A stretch of 64,000 nucleotides of DNA. It comes from Antedon mediterranea. Its lineage: Eukaryota > Animalia > Echinodermata. The translations under genes and the position numbers were made by a program. Positions 27,001-42,432 of the stretch are shown here, in pieces. The notes under the pieces are model-generated. The model ran no database searches. It had not been told where the DNA came from and worked only from the letters and a program-made list of their open reading frames with translations. The stretch's first letter is position 1. Every line of letters starts with the position of its first letter. The stretch covers positions 12,767,812-12,831,811 of the forward strand of contig NC_092675.1 of the NCBI RefSeq assembly GCF_964355755.1, in the 5' to 3' direction.

Positions 27001-28811
27001 AATAGCTTCAAATCACATTTGGAGATGTTTTAGACCATTTTGTGATTTTTGAAAAAACTTGTTAACATAAAAACACCAAAGTGCTTAGAATAGCTTCAAA
27101 TCACATTTGGAGACGTTTTAGACCATTTTGTGATTTTCGAAAAAACTTGTTAACATAAAAACACGAAAGTGCTTAGAATAGCTTCAAATCGCATTTGGAA
27201 ACGTTTTAGACCATTTTGTGATTTTCAAAAAAGATTGTTAACATAAAAACACCAAAGTGCTTAGAATCACAATATAAACCGTTTTAGACCATTTTGAGCA
27301 TTTCGATAACAATTTTCACACAAAAACATCAAAGAGCACAAAATAGCTTAATATCGTATTTAAAAATGTTTTAGACCATTTTGAGCATTTAGATAAAACT
27401 TTTTCACACAAAACACCAAAGTGCTTAGAATAGCTTCAAATCGCATTTGGAGACGGTTTAGACCATTTTGTGATTTTGAAAAAACTTGTTAACATAAAAA
27501 CACCAAAGTGCTTAGAATAGCTTCAAATCGTATTTGGAGACGTTTTAGACCATTTTGAGATTTTCGAAAAAACTTGGTTACACAAAAACATCAAAGTGCT
27601 TAAAATCACATTATAAACCGTTTTAGACCATTTTGAACATTTCGATAACACTTTTCACACAAAAACATCAAAGAGCACAAAATAGCTTAATATCGTATTT
27701 AAAAACGTTTTAGACCATTTTGAGCATTTCGACAAAACTTTTTCACACAAAACACCAAAGTGCTTAGAATAGCTTCAAATCGCATTTGGAGACGTTTTAG
27801 ACCAATTTGTGCATTTCGATGAAACTTGATTACACAAAAACATCAACGTGCTTAAAATCACATTATAAACCGTTTTAGACCATTTTGAGCATTTCGATAA
27901 CACTTTTCACACAAAAACATCAAAGAGCACAAAATAGCTTAATATCGTATTTAAAAACGTTTTAGACCATTTTGAGCATTTAGACAAAACTTTTTCACAC
28001 AAAACACCAAAGTGCTTAGAATAGCTTCAAATCGCATTTGGAGACGTTTTAGACCATTTTGTGCATTTCGATGAAACTTGGTTACACAAAAACATCAAAG
28101 TGCTTAAAATCACATTATAAATCGTTTTAGACCATTTTGAGCATTTCGACAAAACTTTTTCACACCAAATACCAAAGGGCTTAGAATAGCTTCAAATCGC
28201 ATTTGGAGACGTTTTAGACCATTTTGTGATTTTCGAAAAAACTTTTTAACATAAAAACACCAAAGTGCTTAGAATAGCTTCAAATCACATTTGGAGACGT
28301 TTTAGACCATTTTGTGATTTTCGAAAAAACTTGTTAACATAAAAACACGAAAGTGCTTAGAATAGTTTCAAATCGCATTTGGAAACGTTTTAGACCATTT
28401 TGTGATTTTCGAAAAAAATTGTTAACATAAAAACACCAAAGTGCTTAGAATCACATTATAAACCGTTTTAGACCATTTTGAGCATTTCGATAACAATTTT
28501 CACACAAAAACATCAAAGAGCACAAAATAGCTTAATATCGTATTTAAAAATGTTTTAGACCATTTTGAGCATTTAGATAAAACTTTTTCACACAAAACAC
28601 CAAAGTGCTTAGAATAGCTTCAAATCGCATTTGGAGACCTTTTAGACCATTTTGTGATTTTTGAAAAAACTTGTTAACATAAAAACACCAAAGTGCTTAG
28701 AATAGCTTCAAATCACATTTGGAGACGTTTTAGACCATTTTGTGATTTTCGAAAAAACTTGTTAACATAAAAACACGAAAGTGCTTAGAATAGCTTCAAA
28801 TCGCATTTGGA
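21038..28811 (+). repeat. ~7.8-kb duplicated block, copy 1
   Basis: Rare variants recur at a constant +13,621 offset: ttttcacaaaaaaac 21811, aaaatattgt 24281, gattttttaa 25471, caaaggactt 26601, ggagacct ~28633. ORF-track entries at 22374 and 35995 show the same offset. Confidence 0.88.
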
Positions 28812-31800
28812 AACGTTTTAGACCATTTTGTGATTTTCGAAAAAACTTGTTAACATAAAAACACGAAAGTGCTTAGAATAGCTTCAAATCGCATTTGGAA
28901 ACGTTTTAGACCATTTTGTGATTTTCGAAAAAAATTGTTAACATAAAAACACCAAAGTGTTTAGAATAGCTTCAAATCGCATTTGGAGACGTTTTAGACC
29001 AATTTGTGATTTTCGAAAAAACTTATCAACATAAAAACACCAAAGGGATTAGAATAGCTTCAAATCGCATTTGGAGACGTTTTAGACCATTTTGTGATTT
29101 TGAAAAAATTGTTAACATAAAAACACCAAAGTGCTTAGAATAGCTTCAAATCGCATTTGGAGACGTTTTAGACCATTTTGTGATTTTCGAAAAAACTTGT
29201 TAACATAAAAACACCAAAGTGCTTAGAATAGCTTCAAATCGTATTTGGAGACGTTTTAGACTATTTTGAGATTTTCGAAAAAACTTGGTTACACAAAAAC
29301 ATCAAAGTGCTTAAAATCACATTATAAACCGTTTTAGACCATTTTGAGCATTTCGATAACACTTTTCACACAAAAACATCAAAGAGCACAAAATAGCTTA
29401 ATATCGTATTTAAAAACGTTTTAGACCATTTTGAGCAATTCGACAAAACTTTTTCACACAAAACACCAAAGTGCTTAGAATAGCTTCAAATCGCATTTGG
29501 AGACGTTTTAGACCAATTTGTGCATTTCGATGAAACTTGATTACACAAAAACATCAAAGTGCTTAAAATCACATTATAAACCGTTTTAGACCATTTTGAG
29601 CATTTCGATAACACTTTTCACACAAAAACATCAAAGAGCACAAAATAGCTTAATATCGTATTTAAAAACGTTTTAGACCATTTTGAGCATTTAGACAAAA
29701 CTTTTTCACACAAAACACCAAAGTGCTTAGAATAGCTTCAAATCGCATTTGGAGACGTTTTAGACCATTTTGTGCATTTCGATGAAACTTGGTTACACAA
29801 AAACATCAAAGTGCTTAAAATCACATTATAAATCGTTTTAGACCATTTTGAGCATTTCGACAAAACTTTTTCACACAAAATACCAAAGTGCTTAGAATAG
29901 CTTTAAATCGCATTTGGAGACGTTTTAGACCATTTTGTGATTTTCGAAAAAACTTTTTAACATAAAAACACCAAAGTGCTTAGAATAGCTTCAAATCGCA
30001 TTTGGAAACGTTTTAGACCATTTTGTGATTTTCGAAAAAGATTGTTAACATAAAAACACCAATGTGCTTAGAATCACATTATAAACCGTTTTAGACCATT
30101 TTGAGCATTTCGATAACAATTTTCACACAAAAACATCAAAGAGCACAAAATAGCTTAATATCGTATTTATAAATGTTTTAGACCATTTTGAGCATTTCGA
30201 CAAAACTTTTTCACACAAAACACCAAAGTGCTTAGAATAGCTTCAAATCGCATTTGGAGACGTTTTAGACCATTTTGTGATTTTTGAAAAAACTTGTTAA
30301 CATAAAAACACCAAAGTGCTTAGAATAGCTTCAAATCACATTTGGAGATGTTTTAGACCATTTTGTGATTTTTGAAAAAACTTGTTAACATAAAAACACG
30401 AAAGTGCTTAGAATAGCTTCAAATCACATTTGGAGACGTTTTAGACCATTTTGTGATTTTTGAAAAAACTTGTTAACATAAAAACACGAAAGTGCTTAGA
30501 ATAGCTTCAAATCGCATTTGGAAACGTTTTAGACCATTTTGTGATTTTCGAAAAAGATTGTTAACATAAAAACACTAATGTGCTTAGAATCACATTATAA
30601 ACCGTTTTAGACCATTTTGAGCATTTCGATAACAATTTTCACACAAAAACATCAAAGAGCACAAAATAACTTAATATCGTATTTATAAATGTTTTAGACC
30701 ATTTTGAGCATTTCGACAAAACTTTTTCACACAAAACACCAAAGTGCTTAGAATAGCTTCAAATCGCATTTGGAGACGTTTTAGACCATTTTGTGATTTC
30801 GATGAAACTTGATTACACAAAAACATCAAAGTGCTTAAAATCACATTATAAACCATTTTAGACCATTTTGAGCATTTCGATAACACTTTTCACACAAAAA
30901 CATCAAAGAGCAAAAAATAGCTTAATATCGTATTTAAAAACGTTTTAGACCATTTTGAGCATTTAGACAAAACTTTTTCACACAAAACACCAAAGTGCTT
31001 AGAATAGCTTCAAATCGCATTTGGAGACGTTTTAGAACATTTTGTGTTTTTCGAAAAAAACTGGTAACATAAAAACACCAAAGTGCTTAGAATAGCTTCA
31101 AATCGCATTTGGAGACGTTTTAGAACATTTTGTGTTCTTCGAAAAAACCTGTTAACATAAAAACACCAAAGTGCTTAGAATAGCTTCAAATCGCATTTGG
31201 AGACGTTTTAGACCATTTTGTGATTTTTGAAAAAACTTGTTAACATAAAAACACCAAAGTGCTTAGAATAGCTTCAAATCACATTTGGAGACGTTTTAGA
31301 CCATTTTGTGATTTTCGAAAAAACTTGTTAACATAAAAACACCAAAGTGCTTAGAATAGCGTCAAATCGTATTTGGAGACGTTTTAGACCATTTTGTGAT
31401 TTTCGAAAAAACTTGTTAACATAAAAACACCAAAGTGCTTAGAATAGCTTCAAATCGCATTTGGAGACGGTTTAGACCATTTTATGATTTTGAAAAAACT
31501 TGTTAACATAAAAACACCAAAGTGCTTAGAATAGCTTCAAATCGCATTTGGAGACGTTTTAGACCATTTTGTGATTTTCGAAAAAACTTGTTAACATAAA
31601 AACACCAAAGTGCTTAGAATAGCTTCAAATCGTATTTGGAGACGTTTTAGACCATTTTGAGATTTTCGAAAAAACTTGGTTACACAAAAACATCAAAGTG
31701 CTTAAAATCACATTATAAACCGTTTTAGACCATTTTGAGCATTTCGATAACACTTTTCACACAAAAACATCAAAGAGCACAAAATAGCTTAATATCGTAT

Positions 31801-34658
31801 TTAAAAACGTTTTAGACCATTTTGAGCATTTCGACAAAACTTTTTCACACAAAACACCAAAGTGCTTAGAATAGCTTCAAATCGCATTTGGAGACGTTTT
31901 AGACCAATTTGTGCATTTCGATGAAACTTGATTACACAAAAACATCAAAGTGCTTAAAATCACATTATAAACCGTTTTAGAACATTTTGAGCATTTCGAT
32001 AACACTTTTCACACAAAAACATCAAAGAGCACAAAATAGCTTAATATCGTATTTAAAAACGTTTTAGACCATTTTGAGCATTTAGACAAAACTTTTTCAC
32101 ACAAAACACCAAAGTGCTTAGAATAGCTTCAAATCGCATTTGGAGACGTTTTAGACCATTTTGTGATTTTTGAAAAAACTTGTTAACATAAAAACACCAA
32201 AGTGCTTAGAATAGCTTCAAATCACATTTGGAGACGTTTTAGACCATTTTGTGATTTTCGAAAAAACTTGTTAACATAAAAACACGAAAGTGCTTAGAAT
32301 AGCTTCAAATCGCATTTGGAAACGTTTTAGACCATTTTGTGATTTTCGAAAAAACTTGTTAACATAAAAACACGAAAGTGCTTAGAATCACATTATAAAC
32401 CGTTTTAGACCATTTTGAGCATTTCGATAACAATTTTCACACAAAAACATCAAAGAGCACAAAATAGCTTAATATCGTATTTAAAAATGTTTTAGACCAT
32501 TTTGAGCATTTAGATAAAACTTTTTCACACAAAACACCAAAGTGCTTAGAATAGCTTCAAATCGCATTTGGAGACGTTTTAGACCATTTTGTGATTTTCG
32601 AAAAAACTTGTTAACATAAAAACACGAAAGTGCTTAGAATAGCTTCAAATCGCATTTGGAAACGTTTTAGACCATTTTGTGATTTTCGAAAAAAATTGTT
32701 AACATAAAAACACCAAAGTGTTTAGAATAGCTTCAAATCGCATTTGGAGACGTTTTAGACCAATTTGTGATTTTCGAAAAAACTTATCAACATAAAAACA
32801 CCAAAGGGTTTAGAATAGCTTCAAATCGCATTTGGAGACGTTTTAGACCATTTTGTGATTTTGAAAAAACTTGTTAACATAAAAACACCAAAGTGCTTAG
32901 AATAGCTTCAAATCGCATTTGGAGACGTTTTAGACCATTTTGTGATTTTCGAAAAAACTTGTTAACATAAAAACACCAAAGTGCTTAGAATAGCTTCAAA
33001 TCGTATTTGGAGACGTTTTAGACCATTTTGAGATTTTCGAAAAAACTTGGTTACACAAAAACATCAAAGTGCTTAAAATCACATTATAAACCGTTTTAGA
33101 CCATTTTGAGCATTTCGGTAACACTTTTCACACAAAAACATCAAAGAGCACAAAATAGCTTAATATCGTATTTAAAAACGTTTTAGACCATTTTGAGCAT
33201 TTAGACAAAACTTTTTCACACAAAACACCAAAGTGCTTAGAATAGCTTCAAATCGCATTTGGAGACGTTTTAGACCATTTTGTGCATTTCGATGAAACTT
33301 GGTTACACAAAAACATCAAAGTGCTTAAAATCACATTATAAATCGTTTTAGACCATTTTGAGCATTTCGACAAAACTTTTTCACACAAAATACCAAAGTG
33401 CTTAGAATAGCTTCAAATCGCATTTGGAGACGTTTTAGACCATTTTGTGATTTTTGAAAAAACTTGTTAACATAAAAACACAAAAGTGCTTAGAATAGCT
33501 TCAAATCACATTTGGAGACGTTTTAGACCATTTTGTGATTTTCGAAAAAACTTGTTAACATAAAAACACGAAAGTGCTTAGAATAGCTTCAAATCGCATT
33601 TGGAAACGTTTTAGACCATTTTGTGATTTTCGAAAAAACTTGTTAACATAAAAACATGAAAGTGCTTAGAATAGCTTCAAATCGTATTTGGAGACGTTTT
33701 AGACCATTTTGTGATTTTCGAAAAAACTTGTTAACATAAAAACACCAATGTGCTTAGAAAAGCTTCAAATCGCATTTTGAGACGTTTTAGACCATTTTGT
33801 GCATTTCGATGAAACTTGGTTACACAAAAACATCAAAGTGCTTAAAATCACATTATAAACCATTTTAGACCATTTTGAGCATTTCGATAACACTTTTCAC
33901 ACAAAAACATCAAAGAGCACAAAATAGCTTAATATCGTATTTAAAAACGTTTTAGACCATTTTGAGCATTTCGACAAAACTTTTTCACACAAAACACCAA
34001 AGTGCTTAGAATAGCTTCAAATCGCATTTGGAGACGTTTTAGACCATTTTGTGATTTTCGAAAAAACTTGTTAACATAAAAACATCAAAGTGTACAGAAT
34101 AACTTCAAATCGCATTTGGAGACCGTTTTAGGCCAATTTGTGATTTTCGAAAAAACTTGTTAACCTAAAAACACCAAAGTGTTTAGAATAGCTTCAAATC
34201 GCATTTGGAGACGTTTTAGACCATTTTGTGATTTTCGAAAAAACTTGTTAACATAAAAACACCAAAGTGCTTCAAATCGCATTTGGAGACATTTTAGACC
34301 AATTTGTGATTTTTGAAAAAACTTGTTAACATAAAAACACCAAAGTGCATACAATAGCTTCAAATCGTATTTGGAGACGTTTTAGACCATTTTGTGATTT
34401 TCGAAAAAACGTGTTAACATAAAAACACCAAAGTACTTAGAATAGCTTCAAATCGCATTTGGAGACGTTTTAGACCATTTTATGCATTTCGATGAAACTT
34501 GGTTACACAAAAACATCAATGTGCTTAAAATCACATTATAATCCGTTTTAGACCATTTTGAGCATTTCGATAACACTTTTCACACAAAAACATCAAAGAG
34601 CACAAAATAGCTTAATATCGTATTTAAAAACGTTTTAGACCATTTTGAGCATTTAGAC

Positions 34659-37600
34659 AAAACTTTTTCACACAAAACACCAAAGTGCTTAGAATAGCTT
34701 CAAATCGCATTTGGAGACGGTTTAGACCATTTTGTGATTTTGAAAAAACTTGTTAACATAAAAACACCAAAGTGCTTAGAATAGCTTCAAATCGCATTTG
34801 GAGACGTTTTAGACCATTTTGTGATTTTCGAAAAAACTTGTTAACATAAAAACACCAAAGTGCTTAGAATAGCTTCAAATCGTATTTGGAGACGTTTTAG
34901 ACCATTTTGAGATTTTCGAAAAAACTTGGTTACACAAAAACATCAAAGTGCTTAAAATCACATTATAAACCGTTTTAGACCATTTTGAACATTTCGATAA
35001 CACTTTTCACACAAAAACATCAAAGAGCACAAAATAGCTTAATATCGTATTTAAAAACGTTTTAGACCATTTTGAGCATTTCGACAAAACTTTTTCACAC
35101 AAAACACCAAAGTGCTTAGAATAGCTTCAAATCGCATTTGGAGACGTTTTAGACCAATTTGTGATTTTCGAAAAAACTTTTTAACATAAAAACACCAAAG
35201 TGCTTAGAATAGCTTCAAATCACATTTGGAGACGTTTTAGACCATTTTGTGATTTTCGAAAAAACTTGTTAACATAAAAACACGAAAGTGCTTAGAATAG
35301 CTTCAAATCGCATTTGGAAACGTTTTAGACCATTTTGTGATTTTCGAAAAAAATTGTTAACATAAAAACACCAAAGTGCTTAGAATCACATTATAAACCG
35401 TTTTAGACCATTTTGAGCATTTCGATAACAATTTTCACAAAAAAACATCAAAGAGCACAAAATAGCTTAATATCGTATTTAAAAATGTTTTAGACCATTT
35501 TGAGCATTTAGATAAAACTTTTTCACACAAAACACCAAAGTGCTTAGAATAGCTTCAAATCGCATTTGGAGACGTTTTAGACCATTTTGTGATTTTTGAA
35601 AAAACTTGTTAACATAAAAACACCAAAGTGCTTAGAATAGCTTCAAATCACATTTGGAGACGTTTTAGACCATTTTGTGATTTTCGAAAAAACTTGTTAA
35701 CATAAAAACACGAAAGTGCTTAGAATAGCTTCAAATCGCATTTGGAAACGTTTTAGACCATTTAGTGATTTTCGAAAAAACTTGTTAACATAAAAACACG
35801 AAAGTGCTTAGAATAGCTTCAAATTGCATTTGGAAACGTTTTAGACCATTTTGTGATTTTCGAAAAAAATTGTTAACATAAAAACACCAATGTGCTTAGA
35901 ATCACATTATAAACCGTTTTAGACCATTTTGAGCATTTCGATAACAATTTTCACACAAAAACATCAAAGAGCACAAAATAACTTAATATCGTATTTATAA
36001 ATGTTTTAGACCATTTTGAGCATTTCGACAAAACTTTTTCACACAAAACACCAAAGTGCTTAGAATAGCTTCAAATCGCATTTGGAGACGTTTTAGACCA
36101 TTTTGTGATTTCGATGAAACTTGATTACACAAAAACATCAAAGTGCTTAAAATCACATTATAAACCGTTTTAGACCATTTTGAGCATTTCGATAACACTT
36201 TTCACACAAAAACATCAAAGAGCACAAAATAGCTTAATATCGTATTTAAAAACGTTTTAGACCATTTTGAGCATTTAGACAAAACTTTTTCACACAAAAC
36301 ACCAAAGTGCTTAGAATAGCTTCAAATCGCATTTGGAGACGTTTTAGAACATTTTGTGTTTTTCGAAAAAAACTGTTAACATAAAAACACCAAAGTGCTT
36401 AGAATAGCTTCAAATCGCATTTGGAGACGTTTTAGAACATTTTGTGTTCTTCGAAAAAACCTGTTAACATAAAAACACCAAAGTGCTTAGAATAGCTTCA
36501 AATCGCATTTGGAGACGTTTTAGACCATTTTGTGATTTTTGAAAAAACTTGTTAACATAAAAACACCAAAGTGCTTAGAATAGCTTCAAATCACATTTGG
36601 AGACGTTTTAGACCATTTTGTGATTTTCGAAAAAACTTGTTAACATAAAAACACGAAAGTGCTTAGAATAGCTTCAAATCGCATTTGGAAACGTTTTAGA
36701 CCATTTTGTGATTTTCGAAAAAGATTGTTAACATAAAAACACCAAAGTGCTTAGAATCACAATATAAACCGTTTTAGACCATTTTGAGCATTTCGATAAC
36801 AATTTTCACACAAAAACATCAAAGAGCACAAAATAGCTTAATATCGTATTTAAAAATGTTTTAGACCATTTTGAGCATTTAGATAAAATTTTTCACACAA
36901 AACACCAAAGTGCTTAGAATAGCTTTAAATCGCATTTGGAGACGGTTTAGACCATTTTGTGATTTTGAAAAAACTTGTTAACATAAAAACACCAAAGTGC
37001 TTAGAATAGCTTCAAATCGTATTTGGAGACGTTTTAGACCATTTTGAGATTTTCGAAAAAACTTGGTTACACAAAAACATCAAAGTGCTTAAAATCACAT
37101 TATAAACCGTTTTAGACCATTTTGAACATTTCGATAACACTTTTCACACAAAAACATCAAAGAGCACAAAATAGCTTAATATCGTATTTAAAAACGTTTT
37201 AGACCATTTTGAGCATTTCGACAAAACTTTTTCACACAAAACACCAAAGTGCTTAGAATAGCTTCAAATCGCATTTGGAGACGTTTTAGACCAATTTGTG
37301 CATTTCGATGAAACTTGATTACACAAAAACATCAACGTGCTTAAAATCACATTATAAACCGTTTTAGACCATTTTGAGCATTTCGATAACACTTTTCACA
37401 CAAAAACATCAAAGAGCACAAAATAGCTTAATATCGTATTTAAAAACGTTTTAGACCATTTTGAGCATTTAGACAAAACTTTTTCACACAAAACACCAAA
37501 GTGCTTAGAATAGCTTCAAATCGCATTTGGAGACGTTTTAGACCATTTTGTGCATTTCGATGAAACTTGGTTACACAAAAACATCAAAGTGCTTAAAATC

Positions 37601-40600
37601 ACATTATAAATCGTTTTAGACCATTTTGAGCATTTCGACAAAACTTTTTCACACAAAATACCAAAGGGCTTAGAATAGCTTCAAATCGCATTTGGAGACG
37701 TTTTAGACCATTTTGTGATTTTCGAAAAAACTTTTTAACATAAAAAGACCAAAGTGCTTAGAATAGCTTCAAATCACATTTGGAGACGTTTTAGACCATT
37801 TTGTGATTTTCGAAAAAACTTGTTAACATAAAAACACGAAAGTGCTTAGAATAGCTTCAAATCGCATTTGGAAACGTTTTAGACCATTTTGTGATTTTCG
37901 AAAAATATTGTTAACATAAAAACACCAAAGTGCTTAGAATCACATTATAAACCGTTTTAGACCATTTTGAGCATTTCGATAACAATTTTCACACAAAAAC
38001 ATCAAAGAGCACAAAATAGCTTAATATCGTATTTAAAAATGTTTTAGACCATTTTGAGCATTTAGATAAAACTTTTTCACACAAAACACCAAAGTGCTTA
38101 GAATAGCTTCAAATCGCATTTGGAAACGTTTTAGACCATTTTGTGATTTTCGAAAAAAATTGTTAACATAAAAACACCAAAGTGTTTAGAATAGCTTCAA
38201 ATCGCATTTGGAGACGTTTTAGACCAATTTGTGATTTTCGAAAAAACTTATCAACATAAAAACACCAAAGGGTTTAGAATAGCTTCAAATCGCATTTGGA
38301 GACGTTTTAGACCATTTTGTGATTTTCGAAAAAACTTGTTAACATAAAAACACGAAAGTGCTTAGAATAGCTTCAAATCGCATTTGGAAACGTTTTAGAC
38401 CATTTTGTGATTTTCGAAAAAACTTGTTAACATAAAAACATGAAAGTGCTTAGAATAGCTTCAAATCGTATTTGGAGACGTTTTAGACCATTTTGTGATT
38501 TTCGAAAAAACTTGTTAACATAAAAACACCAATGTGCTTAGAATAGCTTCAAATCGCATTTTGAGACGTTTTAGACCATTTTGTGCATTTCGATGAAACT
38601 TGGTTACACAAAAACATCAAAGTGCTTAAAATCACATTATAAACCATTTTAGACCATTTTGAGCATTTCGATAACACTTTTCACACAAAAACATCAAAGA
38701 GCACAAAATAGCTTAATATCGTATTTAAAAACGTTTTAGACCATTTTGAGCATTTCGACAAAACTTTTTCACACAAAACACCAAAGTGCTTAGAATAGCT
38801 TCAAATCGCATTTGGAGACGTTTTAGACCATTTTGTGATTTTCGAAAAAACTTGTTAACATAAAAACATCAAAGTGTACAGAATAACTTCAAATCGCATT
38901 TGGAGACCGTTTTAGGCCAATTTGTGATTTTCGAAAAAACTTGTTAACCTAAAAATACCAAAGTGTTTAGAATAGCTTCAAATCGCATTTGGAGACGTTT
39001 TAGAACATTTTGTGATTTTCGAAAAAACTTGTTAACATAAAAACACCAAAGTGCTTCAAATCGCATTTGGAGACATTTTAGACCAATTTGTGATTTTTTA
39101 AAAAACTTGTTAACATAAAAACACCAAAGTGCTTACAATAGCTTCAAATCGTATTTGGAGACGTTTTAGACCATTTTGTGATTTTCGAAAAAACTTGTTA
39201 ACATAAAAACACCAAAGTACTTAGAATAGCTTCAAATCGCATTTGGAGACGTTTTAGACCATTTTATGCATTTCGATGAAACTTGGTTACACAAAAACAT
39301 CAAAGTGCTTAAAATCACATTATAATCCGTTTTAGACCATTTTGAGCATTTCGATAACACTTTTCACACAAAAACATCAAAGAGCACAAAATAGCTTAAT
39401 ATCGTATTTAAAAACTTTTTAGACCATTTTGAGCATTTCGACAAAACTTTTTCACACAAAACACCAAAGTGCTTAGAATAGCTTCAAATCGCATTTGGAG
39501 ACGTTTTAGACCATTTTGTGATTTTCGAAAAAAATTGTTAACATAAAAACACCAAAGTGCTTAGAATAGCTTCAAATCGTATTTGGAGACGTTTTAGACC
39601 ATTTTGAGATTTTCGAAAAAACTTGGTTACACAAAAACATCAAAGTGCTTAAAATCACATTATAAACCGTTTTAGACCATTTTGAACATTTCGATAACAC
39701 TTTTCACACAAAAACATCAAAGAGCACAAAATAGCTTAATATCGTATTTAAAAACGTTTTAGACCATTTTGAGCATTTCGACAAAACTTTTTCACACAAA
39801 ACACCAAAGTGCTTAGAATAGCTTCAAATCGCATTTGGAGACGTTTTAGACCAATTTGTGCATTTCGATGAAACTTGATTACACAAAAACATCAACGTGC
39901 TTAAAATCACATTATAAACCGTTTTAGACCATTTTGAGCATTTCGATAACACTTTTCACACAAAAACATCAAAGAGCACAAAATAGCTTAATATCGTATT
40001 TAAAAACGTTTTAGACCATTTTGAGCATTTAGACAAAACTTTTTCACACAAAACACCAAAGTGCTTAGAATAGCTTCAAATCGCATTTGGAGACGTTTTA
40101 GACCATTTTGTGCATTTCGATGAAACTTGGTTACACAAAAACATCAAAGTGCTTAAAATCACATTATAAATCGTTTTAGACCATTTTGAGCATTTCGACA
40201 AAACTTTTTCACACCAAATACCAAAGGACTTAGAATAGCTTCAAATCGCATTTGGAGACGTTTTAGACCATTTTGTGATTTTCGAAAAAACTTTTTAACA
40301 TAAAAACACCAAAGTGCTTAGAATAGCTTCAAATCACATTTGGAGACGTTTTAGACCATAAGTGCTTAGAATCACATTATAAACCGTTTTAGACCATTTT
40401 GAGCATTTCGATAACAATTTTCACACAAAAACATCAAAGAGCACAAAATAGCTTAATATCGTATTTAAAAATGTTTTAGACCATTTTGAGCATTTAGATA
40501 AAACTTTTTCACACAAAACACCAAAGTGCTTAGAATAGCTTCAAATCGCATTTGGAGACGTTTTAGACCATTTTGTGATTTTTGAAAAAACTTGTTAACA

Positions 40601-42432
40601 TAAAAATACCAAAGTGCTTAGAATAGCTTCAAATCACATTTGGAGATGTTTTAGACCATTTTGTGATTTTTGAAAAAACTTGTTAACATAAAAACACCAA
40701 AGTGCTTAGAATAGCTTCAAATCACATTTGGAGACGTTTTAGACCATTTTGTGATTTTCGAAAAAACTTGTTAACATAAAAACACGAAAGTGCTTAGAAT
40801 AGCTTCAAATCGCATTTGGAAACGTTTTAGACCATTTTGTGATTTTCAAAAAAGATTGTTAACATAAAAACACCAAAGTGCTTAGAATCACAATATAAAC
40901 CGTTTTAGACCATTTTGAGCATTTCGATAACAATTTTCACACAAAAACATCAAAGAGCACAAAATAGCTTAATATCGTATTTAAAAATGTTTTAGACCAT
41001 TTTGAGCATTTAGATAAAACTTTTTCACACAAAACACCAAAGTGCTTAGAATAGCTTCAAATCGCATTTGGAGACGGTTTAGACCATTTTGTGATTTTGA
41101 AAAAACTTGTTAACATAAAAACACCAAAGTGCTTAGAATAGCTTCAAATCGTATTTGGAGACGTTTTAGACCATTTTGAGATTTTCGAAAAAACTTGGTT
41201 ACACAAAAACATCAAAGTGCTTAAAATCACATTATAAACCGTTTTAGACCATTTTGAACATTTCGATAACACTTTTCACACAAAAACATCAAAGAGCACA
41301 AAATAGCTTAATATCGTATTTAAAAACGTTTTAGACCATTTTGAGCATTTCGACAAAACTTTTTCACACAAAACACCAAAGTGCTTAGAATAGCTTCAAA
41401 TCGCATTTGGAGACGTTTTAGACCAATTTGTGCATTTCGATGAAACTTGATTACACAAAAACATCAACGTGCTTAAAATCACATTATAAACCGTTTTAGA
41501 CCATTTTGAGCATTTCGATAACACTTTTCACACAAAAACATCAAAGAGCACAAAATAGCTTAATATCGTATTTAAAAACGTTTTAGACCATTTTGAGCAT
41601 TTAGACAAAACTTTTTCACACAAAACACCAAAGTGCTTAGAATAGCTTCAAATCGCATTTGGAGACGTTTTAGACCATTTTGTGCATTTCGATGAAACTT
41701 GGTTACACAAAAACATCAAAGTGCTTAAAATCACATTATAAATCGTTTTAGACCATTTTGAGCATTTCGACAAAACTTTTTCACACCAAATACCAAAGGG
41801 CTTAGAATAGCTTCAAATCGCATTTGGAGACGTTTTAGACCATTTTGTGATTTTCGAAAAAACTTTTTAACATAAAAACACCAAAGTGCTTAGAATAGCT
41901 TCAAATCACATTTGGAGACGTTTTAGACCATTTTGTGATTTTCGAAAAAACTTGTTAACATAAAAACACGAAAGTGCTTAGAATAGTTTCAAATCGCATT
42001 TGGAAACGTTTTAGACCATTTTGTGATTTTCGAAAAAAATTGTTAACATAAAAACACCAAAGTGCTTAGAATCACATTATAAACCGTTTTAGACCATTTT
42101 GAGCATTTCGATAACAATTTTCACACAAAAACATCAAAGAGCACAAAATAGCTTAATATCGTATTTAAAAATGTTTTAGACCATTTTGAGCATTTAGATA
42201 AAACTTTTTCACACAAAACACCAAAGTGCTTAGAATAGCTTCAAATCGCATTTGGAGACCTTTTAGACCATTTTGTGATTTTTGAAAAAACTTGTTAACA
42301 TAAAAACACCAAAGTGCTTAGAATAGCTTCAAATCACATTTGGAGACGTTTTAGACCATTTTGTGATTTTCGAAAAAACTTGTTAACATAAAAACACGAA
42401 AGTGCTTAGAATAGCTTCAAATCGCATTTGGA
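34659..42432 (+). repeat. ~7.8-kb duplicated block, copy 2
   Basis: The same rare variants occur at 35432, 37902, 39092, 40222 and ~42254. The match ends at tagat/tagac on the left and ggaaacg/ggagaca on the right. Confidence 0.88.

Noticed and set aside
34160-34363. 67-aa minus-strand ORF
   Set aside because: It is a translation of consecutive A monomers, kept open by the 78-bp variant and point changes. The peptide simply repeats with the monomer.
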